The notes under the pieces are model-generated. The model did not search any database and was not told the DNA's origin. It saw only the letters and a list, made by a program, of their open reading frames with translations. Of a DNA stretch of 64,000 nt, positions 50,660 through 61,261 are shown piece by piece (position 1 is the stretch's first letter; each line of letters opens with the position of its first letter). The DNA is from Candidatus Latescibacterota bacterium (lineage in GTDB: Bacteria > Latescibacterota > UBA2968): positions 3,072,001 through 3,136,000 of the forward strand of contig OZ240241.1 of NCBI GenBank assembly GCA_965198115.1, written 5' to 3'. The translations under genes and the position numbers were made by a program.

Positions 50660-51943
50660 ATGATGGGTCTCAAAAACACGGCAACTCTGATCATTCTGGG
50701 TTTATTCACGGCCACGTGTGGCGGTGACTCGACGCCCACAGGGTCTCTCGGTGGCGTGGCGACGAGCGGAGGGAGCGGTGGATCATCCGATGGGGGTGGT
50801 GCGCCCAATGACGGTGCAGGAACCGTCGCAAGCGAGCCTGAAGGTTCTTTTTCTCGGCAACCGCAGGCAGGCGGGAACTTCCTCAGCGATTTCGACACGG
50901 TTGTCCAAAACACCTTCAGAAGTTTACCAGCCGACCAGATACCGGCGCTGACCGACCCCACGATGGTCGGTGCATCCGAACCGGGCGCCAGCTACGTCAC
51001 TGATGATGAGCTGGTTCTGGGCGTCGTCATCAACGGCGAGGCCAGGGCCTACCCGCACCAGATCGGATGGTGGCACGAGATCGTCAACGATGTCGTCGGT
51101 GGCCACGCCGTCGTCGTCAGCCTCTGTCCCCTCACGAGCACGGGAATGGTATTCGACGGTCAGGCATTCGGCGGCCGCCTGACGTGCGGTGTTTCGGGAT
51201 TCCTGTTCAACAACAACCTGGTGATGTACGATCGCAGAGATCCCCTGAGTAGCGCTACGCTCTACCCCCAGATGATGGGCGTCGGCGTTTCCGGTGATCG
51301 ATCCGGCCACGTCTTGACCCAGATGCCCGTCATCGAGACGACGTGGCGCTACTGGCAGCGCCTCTTTCCGAGCTCTACCGTCGTGAGCGTTTTCCAAGAT
51401 CCGAACGCCAGGTTTTCGTCTGCCACCAACACCATAGCGCCTCAGAACGCAGAAAGCCTTTACAGGGACTACCCTTACGAAATTCTCAACTACCGCTCCC
51501 CCAAGTCGAATCCGTTGATTGATTCTTTTCCTACCCTCAGCCGAAATCCAACAGCACAGATCTTCGAAAACAAGGATATGGTCCACGGAATCCGCTTCGG
51601 CCAGATCGTCAAGGCCTATCCCTTCAAGCTGATGGGCGAAGAAGCGGTCATCAACGACACGGTTGCCGACAACCCCATCGTGGTGATCTTCTACGAGGCC
51701 GAGCAGTTGGCCATTTCCTTCTTCCGCGAGTTCGAAGGGCAAACCCTGACTTTCGAAAAGGTCGTGTCCACGGACAGTCTCTTCCCCTTTATGCTGAAAG
51801 ACCTGGAAACGGGCTCGACGTGGGATCTTCTGGGACGAGTGGTTTCCGGCCCGAACAGCGGCTCGCAGCTGAAACAGGTTCCCGCGAACAATGCTTTCTG
51901 GTTCGCTTGGGCCACGTTCTGGCAGAACACGGGCATCCTGTAA
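50660..51943 (+). CDS. DUF3179-domain lipoprotein
   Basis: Lipobox TATC, G/S-rich linker, IPAL, ARAYP..WHEIVND, CPLT, GVSG...NLVMYDR, FWFAW. Confidence 0.85.
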   Translation: MMGLKNTATLIILGLFTATCGGDSTPTGSLGGVATSGGSGGSSDGGGAPNDGAGTVASEPEGSFSRQPQAGGNFLSDFDTVVQNTFRSLPADQIPALTDPTMVGASEPGASYVTDDELVLGVVINGEARAYPHQIGWWHEIVNDVVGGHAVVVSLCPLTSTGMVFDGQAFGGRLTCGVSGFLFNNNLVMYDRRDPLSSATLYPQMMGVGVSGDRSGHVLTQMPVIETTWRYWQRLFPSSTVVSVFQDPNARFSSATNTIAPQNAESLYRDYPYEILNYRSPKSNPLIDSFPTLSRNPTAQIFENKDMVHGIRFGQIVKAYPFKLMGEEAVINDTVADNPIVVIFYEAEQLAISFFREFEGQTLTFEKVVSTDSLFPFMLKDLETGSTWDLLGRVVSGPNSGSQLKQVPANNAFWFAWATFWQNTGIL

Positions 51944-52080
51944 CGACATTCCTGCACTTCGGTGCAGGTCACGGAGCGGACGTCGGCCTCCCCGGCTGGT
52001 CGGTGTCCGCCCACCAAACACAGCGGCGTGACAACCTAGAACGGGGGTCACGCCGTCCTCTTTACATCGATTGAGATCAG

Positions 52081-52714
52081 ATGACCAAGGCATACAAGTG
52101 GGCAACCCTTTTCCTCCTCATTGCGTGCACCCTCGCACCGGCTCGCGCTTGGGCCGGCGCGTGGACCTTCCAACATGGGACATTCTGGAGCAAGGTCACT
52201 TTCATGACGCAGGACACGAGGGAGGAGTACAAGAACGTGCCGGAGCCCAATTTCAGTCAAGGCGCCCGGGGCCCGTATCGGCTCGACGGAGCGTACAGTT
52301 CGCGTGCGGTTTTCTTCGACCTGTTCTACGGTGTAACCGATAATCTGAACGTGGGGATTCAGGTCCCCTGCTTTCGCCAGAGCTTCGAGGATGCCGAGCT
52401 TCGGGCCGGGTTCGGCGGCGCACGCCAATCGACCGGGTTCAGCGACATTCGCGTGTTCGTGAAACACAAGCTCATCGACTCGCCAATAGTCTCGTCCTTC
52501 AAATTCGGCTTCAAGGCACCCACGGGCGAGTTCAAGAACGAGCAGGGACTGATCCCCACGGGTGAGGGCCAATGGGATTTCGACTTCATCCTGCAGATGG
52601 GCCGGTCCTTTTGGCCGTTCCGTGCCTATACCAACGTCGATCTCGGCTACCGGCTGCGTCTACGCAACGCGACCATCGACCGCAACCCGGGGGACGAGTT
52701 TTTCTGGATTGGAG
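52081..52714 (+). pseudogene. Secreted/outer-membrane beta-barrel-like protein, 3'-truncated at the IS200
   Basis: Signal peptide, GFSDIRV, KAPTG, PTGEGQWD, RNPGDE; the frame runs into the IS end and no continuation is found on the far side. Confidence 0.7.
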
Positions 52715-53354
52715 AGTCATGACCTCCGGCAAAGCCGGAGGCTTGAAAACTTGTGAACCGCTCAAAGCGGTTGGAAACCAAGCGCCACCTAAAGGTGGCG
52801 ATTACCTGAAAATGTTGAGCTGGTCGAGACGCCGGTCCTCCCGCTCCTGGTTCTGGATATACTCCCGAACCGTCTGTTCATCCTTGCCAACGGTGGAGAC
52901 CCAGTAGCCTCTTGCCCAGAAATGCTGCCCGGTGAAGTTCGACCTGCGTCCCAGATAGTTCCGAGCAATGTGAATCGCACTCTTTCCTTTGATGAACCCT
53001 ACCGTCTGAGCTACTGAGTGCTTCGGCGGGATCGAAATCAACGTGTGCACATGGTCGGATCGCAGGTGACCCTCTTCCACACGGCATTCCTTCTGTGCGG
53101 CCAGATCCCGAATCACCTCGCCCAGATAGCGACGAATTTCACCATACAACACTTTTCTACGATACTTCCGAACCCAAACAACGTCATACTTGCACTCCCA
53201 TACCGTGTGACGTAGACTCCTTACGTTGTTCATTAGAGAGCCTTCCTTCCGTGTGCTTTGAGCGGTCCACGGCAAGGGAGGCTCTTACATATTTCTGGAA
53301 CTGTCAAACTCTGGGAGTCTCCCCGGCAGAGCCGGGGGCTTACCAAGGTTTAGT
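52715..53354 (-). mobile_element. IS200/IS605-family element (tnpA only); ends approximate
   Basis: Subterminal hairpins CCTCCGGC-AAA-GCCGGAGG (52723-52741) and CCCCGGC-AGA-GCCGGGG (53321-53337); no TSD. Confidence 0.85.
52802..53233 (-). CDS. tnpA: IS200-type Y1 HUH transposase
   Basis: WECKY, DHVH, IKGKS, FWARGYWVSTVG, EYIQNQ. Confidence 0.95.
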   Translation of the reverse strand: MNNVRSLRHTVWECKYDVVWVRKYRRKVLYGEIRRYLGEVIRDLAAQKECRVEEGHLRSDHVHTLISIPPKHSVAQTVGFIKGKSAIHIARNYLGRRSNFTGQHFWARGYWVSTVGKDEQTVREYIQNQEREDRRLDQLNIFR

Positions 53355-53647
53355 TATCTGCTTTTCTGCCCAAGCTGATCGGATGTGTCCTGATTCTGAT
53401 CTTCGGGTGGATTATCGCCAAGATCATCCGTGCAGTTTCCGTGAGATTACTCGCCATTTTACGTCTGCACGTGCTAACCGAAAAGGCCAAGATCGATCAG
53501 TTCTTGAGCGAAGGGGGAATCAAGCAGTCGGCCATCGAAATTATTGGAACCCTCTTTTACTGGCTCATCATGCTGATCGTCATTGTGGCTGCATTCAACA
53601 GCCTGGGTCTGCGTGTGGCGTCTGAACTGTTTAACCAGGTTATCCTG

Positions 53648-55021
53648 GAGCTATAATCAAAAGGTGTGGAAAAAGAGAAAGGGCGACCCTACCCTTCCCG
53701 TGAGATAGTTGATTCACACAAAACCGGGTGAGAGGCCCGGTTGGGAAGGAGGATCGCCGTGAAGGAACATACGCATAGAGCCCCATTGAAGTCCATGCCG
53801 ACGTGGGAGACGGTTGACGATTGGATCCGTGAAGAGATCCAGGGCCGGTTCCAGTCCATTCTGGAGGAGGAGGCGACCGCGTTCTTGGGCCGGTCGTGGT
53901 ATGAGCGCCGAGCCGAGGTCGATAGCTCCACGGGCTACAGGAACGGCTACGGCAAGCCCCGGCGTCTCTCGACGAGCTGCGGAACGATCAAGGTCCGGCG
54001 TCCCCGGGTTCGTGGTCTGGAAGAGCGGTTTGAAAGCCGCATCCTCCCCCTGTTCGCCCGGAGAACCAGGGCCATTGGAGATCTGCTTCCCGACCTTTAT
54101 CTCCACGGTCTCTCCCAGGGCGACTTCGAGTTGTCTTTGCGTGCGCTGCTCGGTGATGGCGCGCCGCTTTCGCCGACCTCGATCGCTCGTCTTCGAGGGA
54201 AGTGGGAGGTCGACTTCCAGGACTGGAAAGAAAGGCGTCTGGATAATCGCGAACTGGTCTACGCCTGGGCTGATGGCATCTACGTCAAAGCCGGGCTCGA
54301 GCGCGAGAAGGCGTGTCTGCTGGTCGTGATCGGCGCGATGAGCGACGGCAGCAAGGAGATCCTGGCGATAGAACCCGGTTATCGAGAGTCTACAGAATCC
54401 TGGCTCACGGTGCTACGGGATCTCCGGGATCGCGGGCTCGAACATCCTGTCCTGATCGCCGCGGACGGGAATATGGGCATCTGGGCGGCCGTTGATCAGG
54501 TCTGGCCAGAGAGCCGGCAACAACGGTGCTGGAACCACAAGATCCTCAACGTGCTCGACAAGGTCGCCAAGCGTGCACAGGCTGAAGCCCGCGCACTGCT
54601 CGTCCAGATCCCCTATGCCGGCACGAAAAAGGAGGCCGAGAAGCTCCGGAAACGCTTTGCCGCACGGTATCGCTCACAGTTCCCTGCCGCCGTGGAGACG
54701 CTCGAAAGAGACTGGGATCGGATGGTCACGTTCTACGACTTCCCGAAGGAACACTGGAAACACCTGAGAACCACGAACGTCGTCGAGAGCCCCTTTGCTT
54801 CCGTTCGGCTTCGCACAAACGCCGCCAGGCGATTCAAGAAAGTCAGGAACGCCACGACTCTCATCTGGCGTACGCTCAAGGTCGCAGAGAGCCGATTCAG
54901 GAAACTCACCGCGCCACACTTGCTACAACAAGTCTACGATCAGAAACACTCAACCGGACCGCAGGTCGAAGCCGGGAAGATGGCCGCCTGATTTCTTTTA
55001 CACACCTATTGACCTGAACTC
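53648..55021 (+). mobile_element. IS256-family element, copy 2 (1374 bp)
   Basis: Near-identical to copy 1; 8-bp TSD TTATCCTG at 53640-53647 and 55022-55029. Confidence 0.95.
53741..54991 (+). CDS. IS256-family transposase
   Basis: 416 aa; three substitutions versus copy 1. Confidence 0.95.
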   Translation: MGRRIAVKEHTHRAPLKSMPTWETVDDWIREEIQGRFQSILEEEATAFLGRSWYERRAEVDSSTGYRNGYGKPRRLSTSCGTIKVRRPRVRGLEERFESRILPLFARRTRAIGDLLPDLYLHGLSQGDFELSLRALLGDGAPLSPTSIARLRGKWEVDFQDWKERRLDNRELVYAWADGIYVKAGLEREKACLLVVIGAMSDGSKEILAIEPGYRESTESWLTVLRDLRDRGLEHPVLIAADGNMGIWAAVDQVWPESRQQRCWNHKILNVLDKVAKRAQAEARALLVQIPYAGTKKEAEKLRKRFAARYRSQFPAAVETLERDWDRMVTFYDFPKEHWKHLRTTNVVESPFASVRLRTNAARRFKKVRNATTLIWRTLKVAESRFRKLTAPHLLQQVYDQKHSTGPQVEAGKMAA

Positions 55022-55719
55022 TTATCCTGTTCATACCGAACATCATCGTGTCTATCTTTGTGCTCATCCTTGGCCTCTTCCTTGCCAACTTCACCAGACA
55101 GATTGTTGTCACCTATTCCAGGAACGTTGGCATACAGAATGCCGATACGATGGGTGAAATCACGCAATACGCGATTGTCATCTTTGTCGTCTCCATCGCT
55201 TTGACGCAGATGAATATCGGTGAAGAAATTATAGCCAACTTGATTCTTGTCCTGTTTGGAGCCGTCTGTTTAACGTTGGCTCTCGCATTCGGGCTCGGCG
55301 GTCGCGATTGGGCGTCGGGTGTGATCGAAAAATTTTGGGAGAAATGAAGCAAATGCTTTTCGCAAGGGATGTCGGGAATATGAATTAGAATCTGCCCACC
55401 ATACGACGCTCTTCGGTCCTTCCAGTTTCGGCAGCTCTGATGGTCGCAACGACCCCCCCTCCTCCGTCTTGGGAAGAGGGGTTCTGCCAGGCAAAGTCAG
55501 CCAGCGCAGGGCGTGCAAGACCGAGGACTGGAAGTCTTAAAGGTTGCCTATTTACGACGTGTCAGGCTTATCCATGTTCTTCGCTCTCAGGAACGCCAGC
55601 CTGACCTCGGGTTCGTAGATCACTCCGGCACCCCTCTTCGGCACCCTCGTGACCGTGTTCCGTCTTCAACTCCAGCCCTTGATCTTGCGATAGTTCTCGA
55701 GTCGAAGAGGTCAGGTCGA

Positions 55720-55849
55720 TCAGCCATTGTTGTACTCCACAGGCACCCGCACCGTAAACGTGCTGCCCTTGCCCACCTCGCTCACCACACCGATGGTCCC
55801 GCCCAGAAGCTCAGCGAACTTCCTCGTGATGGACAACCCCAACCCGGTC
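55720..55849 (-). repeat. Orphan histidine-kinase 3'-end fragment (copy B)
   Basis: Encodes [42 protein letters not shown]; DNA highly similar to 61438-61546. Confidence 0.85.
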
Positions 55850-55908
55850 TCTCGGGTGCTTTCGGTGCATCCGCCGTGTGATCGAACGCGAAACCGTGGA
55901 CTCGTCGG

Positions 55909-56994
55909 TCAGCCAGCGTAGCGTTTTCGCAACTCTCGCGCCGCGGCCGCTTCGTTGCTGAGCTTCTGGTAGGGCTCCTCCAACTGCATGTTGCCCCCCA
56001 GCCCGGGTGAGAATCCACAGTCGGGATTAATACTCAGGCGGTTCGCGTCGACGTGCTTCATGGCCTCCTCGACGCGTCCGACGATCTCCTCCGTCGTATC
56101 GATCTTTTGGAATCGGCACTCAACGGCGCCCAGGCCGATGAGCTTATCCTCCGGCAGCTGCTGGAGAATGGCGACATCCCCGGCGACGGGGATGCTAAAT
56201 TCCATGACATATTGATCGACACCAATGCGCTTCATGGTATCGATGATCGGCTCGTATCCCCCTTCAGCCCCCCAGCCCCTACGGCCATAGTTGCGGCGGC
56301 ACAGGTGCAGGGCGGTCTGCACCTTGTCGATACCGGCGATCATCTCGTTGATCTTGTCGGCGGCCAGGTCCATCTCATACTGGGGGTCATCGAAAGAGTC
56401 GCGGTACTCGGGATCGACGAGCACGCACAGATGCGGTTCGTCTATCTGCACAACTGTGACTCCAGTATCCTGCAGGGACAACAATTCGTCGCGGAGTATG
56501 GGTACGAGGGCCTCGATGAAGCTGTCGCGAGTCGGGTAGGCCTTCGATGACACGTCCCGCTCCCACAACCTGACCCCGAGGAGATAAGGCGACGGGACGC
56601 AGACCTTGGTCATGCGATCGGTTGCCTCGACGAGGAAGCGGGCCTCCTCGGCAATCAGGCCGGGTTTGACCACGTCCATGGGTTCGGTGACGGAGATACC
56701 CCAACGGTGTGGCTCGGTGCGCAGGTCCACGGAAAACCCGGTGGCGATGTCGGCGACGATGTGCGTGTAGGCGTGCCGGCGCCACTCGCCGTCGCTGACC
56801 AGATCAAGTCCCGCCTGCTCCTGAACGGCGATGGCGTAGCGCACAGCGGCATCCATCTGGGGGGAACGAGCGGCCTCGGCCGACTCAGGCCCAGGAGTAT
56901 CGGGGAGCATCTCCCGCACCATCAGGGGCCGCGGAAGGCTGCCGACGACACCCGAGGCGAAGGGGGTTTCTGCAAATCGCTTGGATATGGCCAT
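55909..56994 (-). CDS. Cobalamin-independent methionine synthase II family protein (MetE C-terminal-like)
   Basis: VGSLPRP, SDGEWRR, QIDEP, HLCRRN, MEF, NPDCGF zinc ligands; GGAGG RBS. Confidence 0.9.
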   Translation of the reverse strand: MAISKRFAETPFASGVVGSLPRPLMVREMLPDTPGPESAEAARSPQMDAAVRYAIAVQEQAGLDLVSDGEWRRHAYTHIVADIATGFSVDLRTEPHRWGISVTEPMDVVKPGLIAEEARFLVEATDRMTKVCVPSPYLLGVRLWERDVSSKAYPTRDSFIEALVPILRDELLSLQDTGVTVVQIDEPHLCVLVDPEYRDSFDDPQYEMDLAADKINEMIAGIDKVQTALHLCRRNYGRRGWGAEGGYEPIIDTMKRIGVDQYVMEFSIPVAGDVAILQQLPEDKLIGLGAVECRFQKIDTTEEIVGRVEEAMKHVDANRLSINPDCGFSPGLGGNMQLEEPYQKLSNEAAAARELRKRYAG

Positions 56995-57190
56995 AAGTCG
57001 TACCTCCGACTGGCAAACGACAGGTGGTGACGGAGTTACATCGTAACCACCTTACCCTCGACGAGGGGGGTCTCCTCCGTGGTCGTGACGGCGCAAGGAA
57101 ATCTGTGCCCTTACCGGCGTCGCCGTGACACCTTGCTTGTCCAGGGCGATGAAGTGGATGCTGCCCGCATTCTGCGGCGGAAGCTCACTC

Positions 57191-57310
57191 CTAATACTCA
57201 AGCGGCACCCGCACCGTAAACGTGCTGCCCTTCCCCACCTCGCTCTCCACGCCGATTGGTTCCGCCCAGCAGTTTCGCGAACTCCTTCGTAATAGACAGC
57301 CCCAACCAGT
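57191..57310 (-). repeat. Orphan degenerate histidine-kinase 3'-end fragment (copy C)
   Basis: LGLSITKEFAKLLGGT../[20 protein letters not shown] with small indels. Confidence 0.8.
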
Positions 57311-57924
57311 CTGAAGGAGGGCCCCAAGCCTCTGCTGAAAATCTATTTACTTGGCATCCAACTCACTCATTGGTAGGCTGATCGTTACCTCCGTGCCATT
57401 TCCTACCTCGCTATCGATCTGAATCTCGCCTTCGTGATCCTGGACAATCCTGAGTCGGTGGACAATCCGAATCCCAACTTCATCCGGTCCTGGGTGGCAT
57501 GAAAATCAAAATCGAAAATACGCTCCAATTGAGCGGGAGGAATACCCACCCCAGTATCGCTGATTCTGATAAAGACTTCGTCGTCAGCCGTAGAGGTACT
57601 GATGCGTATCTCTCCTGTTTCTTCGATGGCGGTGAGTGCGTTCTTGAGCACGTGCATGAAGACCTGGTTCATCTGTCCGGGAGAACAGTAGATCGGCGGA
57701 ATGTCCCCGTAATTCTTGACCACGGTGATGTTTTCATCTATCCGGTTTTGCAGCAGCGTCAGAGCGCTGTCGATCCCCACGTGAAGGTCTACCACCTGGA
57801 ACTCGGCTTCGTCCAGCCGGGCGAAATTGCGCATGCTGCTGACAATGTTGCTCACCCGCCCGGTACCAGTGGCCATCACCTGGTTGCCATCGGCCAGGAC
57901 CTTTATCAGCGATTGAATGGCCCG

Positions 57925-59298
57925 GAGCTATAATCAAAAGGTGTGGAAAAAGAGAAAGGGCGACCCTACCCTTCCCGTGAGATAGTTGATTCACACAAAA
58001 CCGGGTGAGAGGCCCGGTTGGGAAGGAGGATCGCCGTGAAGGAACATACGCATAGAGCCCCATTGAAGTCCATGCCGACGTGGGAGACGGTTGACGATTG
58101 GATCCGTGAAGAGATCCAGGGCCGGTTCCAGTCCATTCTGGAGGAGGAGGCGACCGCGTTCTTGGGCCGGTCGTGGTATGAGCGCCGAGCCGAGGTCGAT
58201 AGCTCCACGGGCTACAGGAACGGCTACGGCAAGCCCCGGCGTCTCTCGACGAGCTGCGGAACGATCAAGGTCCGGCGTCCCCGGGTTCGTGGTCTGGAAG
58301 AGCGGTTTGAAAGCCGCATCCTCCCCCTGTTCGCCCGGAGAACCAGGGCCATTGGAGATCTGCTTCCCGACCTTTATCTCCACGGTCTCTCCCAGGGCGA
58401 CTTCGAGTTGTCTTTGCGTGCGCTGCTCGGTGATGGCGCGCCGCTTTCGCCGACCTCGATCGCTCGTCTTCGAGGGAAGTGGGAGGTCGACTTCCAGGAC
58501 TGGAAAGAAAGGCGTCTGGATAATCGCGAACTGGTCTACGCCTGGGCTGATGGCATCTACGTCAAAGCCGGGCTCGAGCGCGAGAAGGCGTGTCTGCTGG
58601 TCGTGATCGGCGCGATGAGCGACGGCAGCAAGGAGATCCTGGCGATAGAACCCGGTTATCGAGAGTCTACAGAATCCTGGCTCACGGTGCTCCGGGATCT
58701 CCGGGATCGCGGGCTCGAACATCCTGTCCTGATCGCCGCGGACGGGAATATGGGCATCTGGGCGGCCGTTGATCAGGTCTGGCCAGAGAGCCGGCAACAA
58801 CGGTGCTGGAACCACAAGATCCTCAACGTGCTCGACAAGGTCGCCAAGCGTGCACAGGCTGAAGCCCGCGCACTGCTCGTCCAGATCCCCTATGCCGGCA
58901 CGAAAAAGGAGGCCGAGAAGCTCCGGAAACGCTTTGCCGCACGGTATCGCTCACAGTTCCCTGCCGCCGTGGAGACGCTCGAAAGAGACTGGGATCGGAT
59001 GGTCACGTTCTACGACTTCCCGAAGGAACACTGGAAACACCTGAGAACCACGAACGTCGTCGAGAGCCCCTTTGCTTCCGTTCGGCTTCGCACAAACGCC
59101 GCCAGGCGATTCAAGAAAGTCAGGAACGCCACGACTCTCATCTGGCGTACGCTCAAGGTCGCAGAGAGCCGATTCAGGAAACTCACCGCGCCACACTTGC
59201 TACAACAAGTCTACGATCAGAAACACTCAACCGGACCGCAGGTCGAAGCCGGGAAGATGGCCGCCTGATTTCTTTTACACACCTATTGACCTGAGCTC
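57925..59298 (+). mobile_element. IS256-family element, copy 3 (1374 bp)
   Basis: 8-bp TSD ATGGCCCG at 57917-57924 and 59299-59306. Confidence 0.95.
58018..59268 (+). CDS. IS256-family transposase
   Basis: Protein identical to copy 2. Confidence 0.95.
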   Translation: MGRRIAVKEHTHRAPLKSMPTWETVDDWIREEIQGRFQSILEEEATAFLGRSWYERRAEVDSSTGYRNGYGKPRRLSTSCGTIKVRRPRVRGLEERFESRILPLFARRTRAIGDLLPDLYLHGLSQGDFELSLRALLGDGAPLSPTSIARLRGKWEVDFQDWKERRLDNRELVYAWADGIYVKAGLEREKACLLVVIGAMSDGSKEILAIEPGYRESTESWLTVLRDLRDRGLEHPVLIAADGNMGIWAAVDQVWPESRQQRCWNHKILNVLDKVAKRAQAEARALLVQIPYAGTKKEAEKLRKRFAARYRSQFPAAVETLERDWDRMVTFYDFPKEHWKHLRTTNVVESPFASVRLRTNAARRFKKVRNATTLIWRTLKVAESRFRKLTAPHLLQQVYDQKHSTGPQVEAGKMAA

Positions 59299-59884
59299 AT
59301 GGCCCGATTGTCTTTATACTCTTCGGAAGAAGTAACTTCCAGCGTCTGTTGCAGTTTGTCTATCGCACGGGTCATCGTGTCCTGCGTACTGCCGATTGCC
59401 CCCAGCGGCGTGTTCATCTCGTGTGCTACGCCGGCCACCAGATCCCCTAAAGAAGCCATCTTCTCCTGCATGAACAGTTGGTTCTGCGTTTCTCTGAGCT
59501 GGCGCAGGGTCTCTTCCAGGTCCTCCAGCGCCCGATTCAGATAGCGGTGGAACAGGAACACAACCACCAAGAAGAGGAGAATAGTGGAAGTCGTTGAAGC
59601 GATGTGCAATCCCTTCTGGACATTTTCTGACGCTTCAACGAGAAGGGAAGATGTAAACGAACCATACTCCGTATAGAGGAACATACAAAGCGATAAGACA
59701 GCCAGAGGTACTATCCAACGTTTATCCTTCTTATGTAAAAGGAGGAAACTGAAAGTCGGTATGACAAAGAAGAAATAATGGAGGCCGGGGGCGGGTCCAA
59801 GAAACACATTAGGTATTACGGTTATCTGAACTATCGCGGTGCAAAGAAGGACAATAGAAGCGAGTCTGTTGCATTTTTTCTGAT

Positions 59885-61261
59885 GAGCTACAATCAATAG
59901 GTGTGGAAAAATAGAAAAGGCGACCCTACACTTCCCGTGAGATAACAATATCCACGAAATACCGGGTTCACAGGCCCGGTGGGAAGGAGGATCGCCGTGG
60001 GAAAACATAAGTCGAAGTCCCCCTCGTTGTCCATGCCGACGTGGGAAACCCTTGAGGGGTGGTTGCGTAAGGAAATCGAGGTTCGCATTCAGTCCATCGT
60101 TGAGGAGGAAGTGACCCAGTTCCTCGGACGCGGGTGGTATGAGCGCAAAGAAGCCGTAGATGCAGGATCCGGTTATCGCAACGGCTATGGGAAGCTGCGG
60201 CGATTGTCGACCTCTTGCGGCACGATCCAGATCAAGCGGCCCCGTGTTCGCGGTTTGGAGGAGCGCTTCGAGAGCAGGATTCTGCCGTTGTTCGCTCGGC
60301 GCACGAGAGAGGTGGGGGAACTGCTCCCGGAGCTCTATCTCCACGGTCTGTCTCAGGGCGACTTCGAGTTGGCCCTGCGAGGGCTTCTCGGTGATGGGGC
60401 TCCGCTCCCCCCCTCGTCGATTGCTCGCCTCCGCGGTCAATGGGAGGTTGATTACCAGACCTGGCAGGAACGACGCCTGGACGATCGTGAGCTCGTGTAT
60501 GCCTGGGCCGATGGGATCTACGTCAAAGCCGGACTTGAGAAAGATAAGGCGTGTCTGCTTGTCGTGATCGGCGCCATGAGTGACGGCCGCAAAGAGGTTC
60601 TGGGCCTGGTGCCTGGGTATCGCGAGTCGACCGAGTCCTGGCTGGCTGTCCTTAGAGACCTACGGGATCGCGGCTTGGATCACCCCATTCTGATGGCGGC
60701 CGATGGCAATATGGGCATCTGGTCTGCCGTCGATCAGGTCTGGCCGCACACCCGTCAGCAGCGGTGCTGGAACCACAAGATTCTCAACGTCCCGGACCAG
60801 ATCCACAAACGTCAGCAGCCTCAAGCTCGTGCACTGCTCGTCCAGATTCCCTATGCCAGCACGCGTCAGGATGCGGAGAAGCTGCGCAAGCAGTTCGTCG
60901 CACGATATCGCAACGAGTTCCCGAAGGCGGTGGCAACACTCGAACGGGATTGGGATAGGATGCTCACCTTCTTCGATTTCCCAGAAGAACACTGGCGCCA
61001 CCTGAGAACGACCAACATCGTCGAGAGCCCCTTTGCATCCGTGCGGTTACGAACCAACGCCGCCAAACGCTACAAGAAGGTCGTCGCGGCAAGCGCTCTC
61101 ATCTGGCGAACACTGATGGTCGCCGAGAAACGCTTCCGGCGACTCAATGCACCCCATCTGTTACACGTTGTTTATGCACAGCACAACCAAACTATGACCA
61201 CAATCGACTCCGGGAAGAAGCTGGCCGCCTGATCTATTTACACACCTCTTGACTCGACCTC
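59885..61261 (+). mobile_element. IS256-family element, diverged relative of copies 1-3 (1377 bp)
   Basis: Ends GAGCTACAATCAATAGGTGTG / GAGGTCGAGTCAAGAGGTGTG; 8-bp TSD TTTCTGAT at 59877-59884 and 61262-61269. Confidence 0.93.
59979..61232 (+). CDS. IS256-family transposase
   Basis: Same motifs as copies 1-3 in a visibly diverged sequence. Confidence 0.93.
   Translation: MGRRIAVGKHKSKSPSLSMPTWETLEGWLRKEIEVRIQSIVEEEVTQFLGRGWYERKEAVDAGSGYRNGYGKLRRLSTSCGTIQIKRPRVRGLEERFESRILPLFARRTREVGELLPELYLHGLSQGDFELALRGLLGDGAPLPPSSIARLRGQWEVDYQTWQERRLDDRELVYAWADGIYVKAGLEKDKACLLVVIGAMSDGRKEVLGLVPGYRESTESWLAVLRDLRDRGLDHPILMAADGNMGIWSAVDQVWPHTRQQRCWNHKILNVPDQIHKRQQPQARALLVQIPYASTRQDAEKLRKQFVARYRNEFPKAVATLERDWDRMLTFFDFPEEHWRHLRTTNIVESPFASVRLRTNAAKRYKKVVAASALIWRTLMVAEKRFRRLNAPHLLHVVYAQHNQTMTTIDSGKKLAA

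Larger units (their letters stand above)
53355..55347 (+). pseudogene. CmpX/TM-helix-repeat (MscS-associated) membrane protein, 5'-truncated by IS200 and split by IS256
   Basis: SAFLPKLIGCVLILIFGWIIAK...FNQVIL joins FIPNIIVSIFVL...ALAFGLGGRD in frame after IS removal. Confidence 0.85.

Noticed and set aside
53648-59298. Composite transposon formed by IS256 copies 2 and 3 around the MetE-like gene
   Set aside because: Each copy has its own TSD and interrupts its own gene, so these are independent insertions.
59283-60440. 385-aa ORF as a genuine gene
   Set aside because: It is a chimera of IS256 antisense sequence and the middle of the interrupted kinase.
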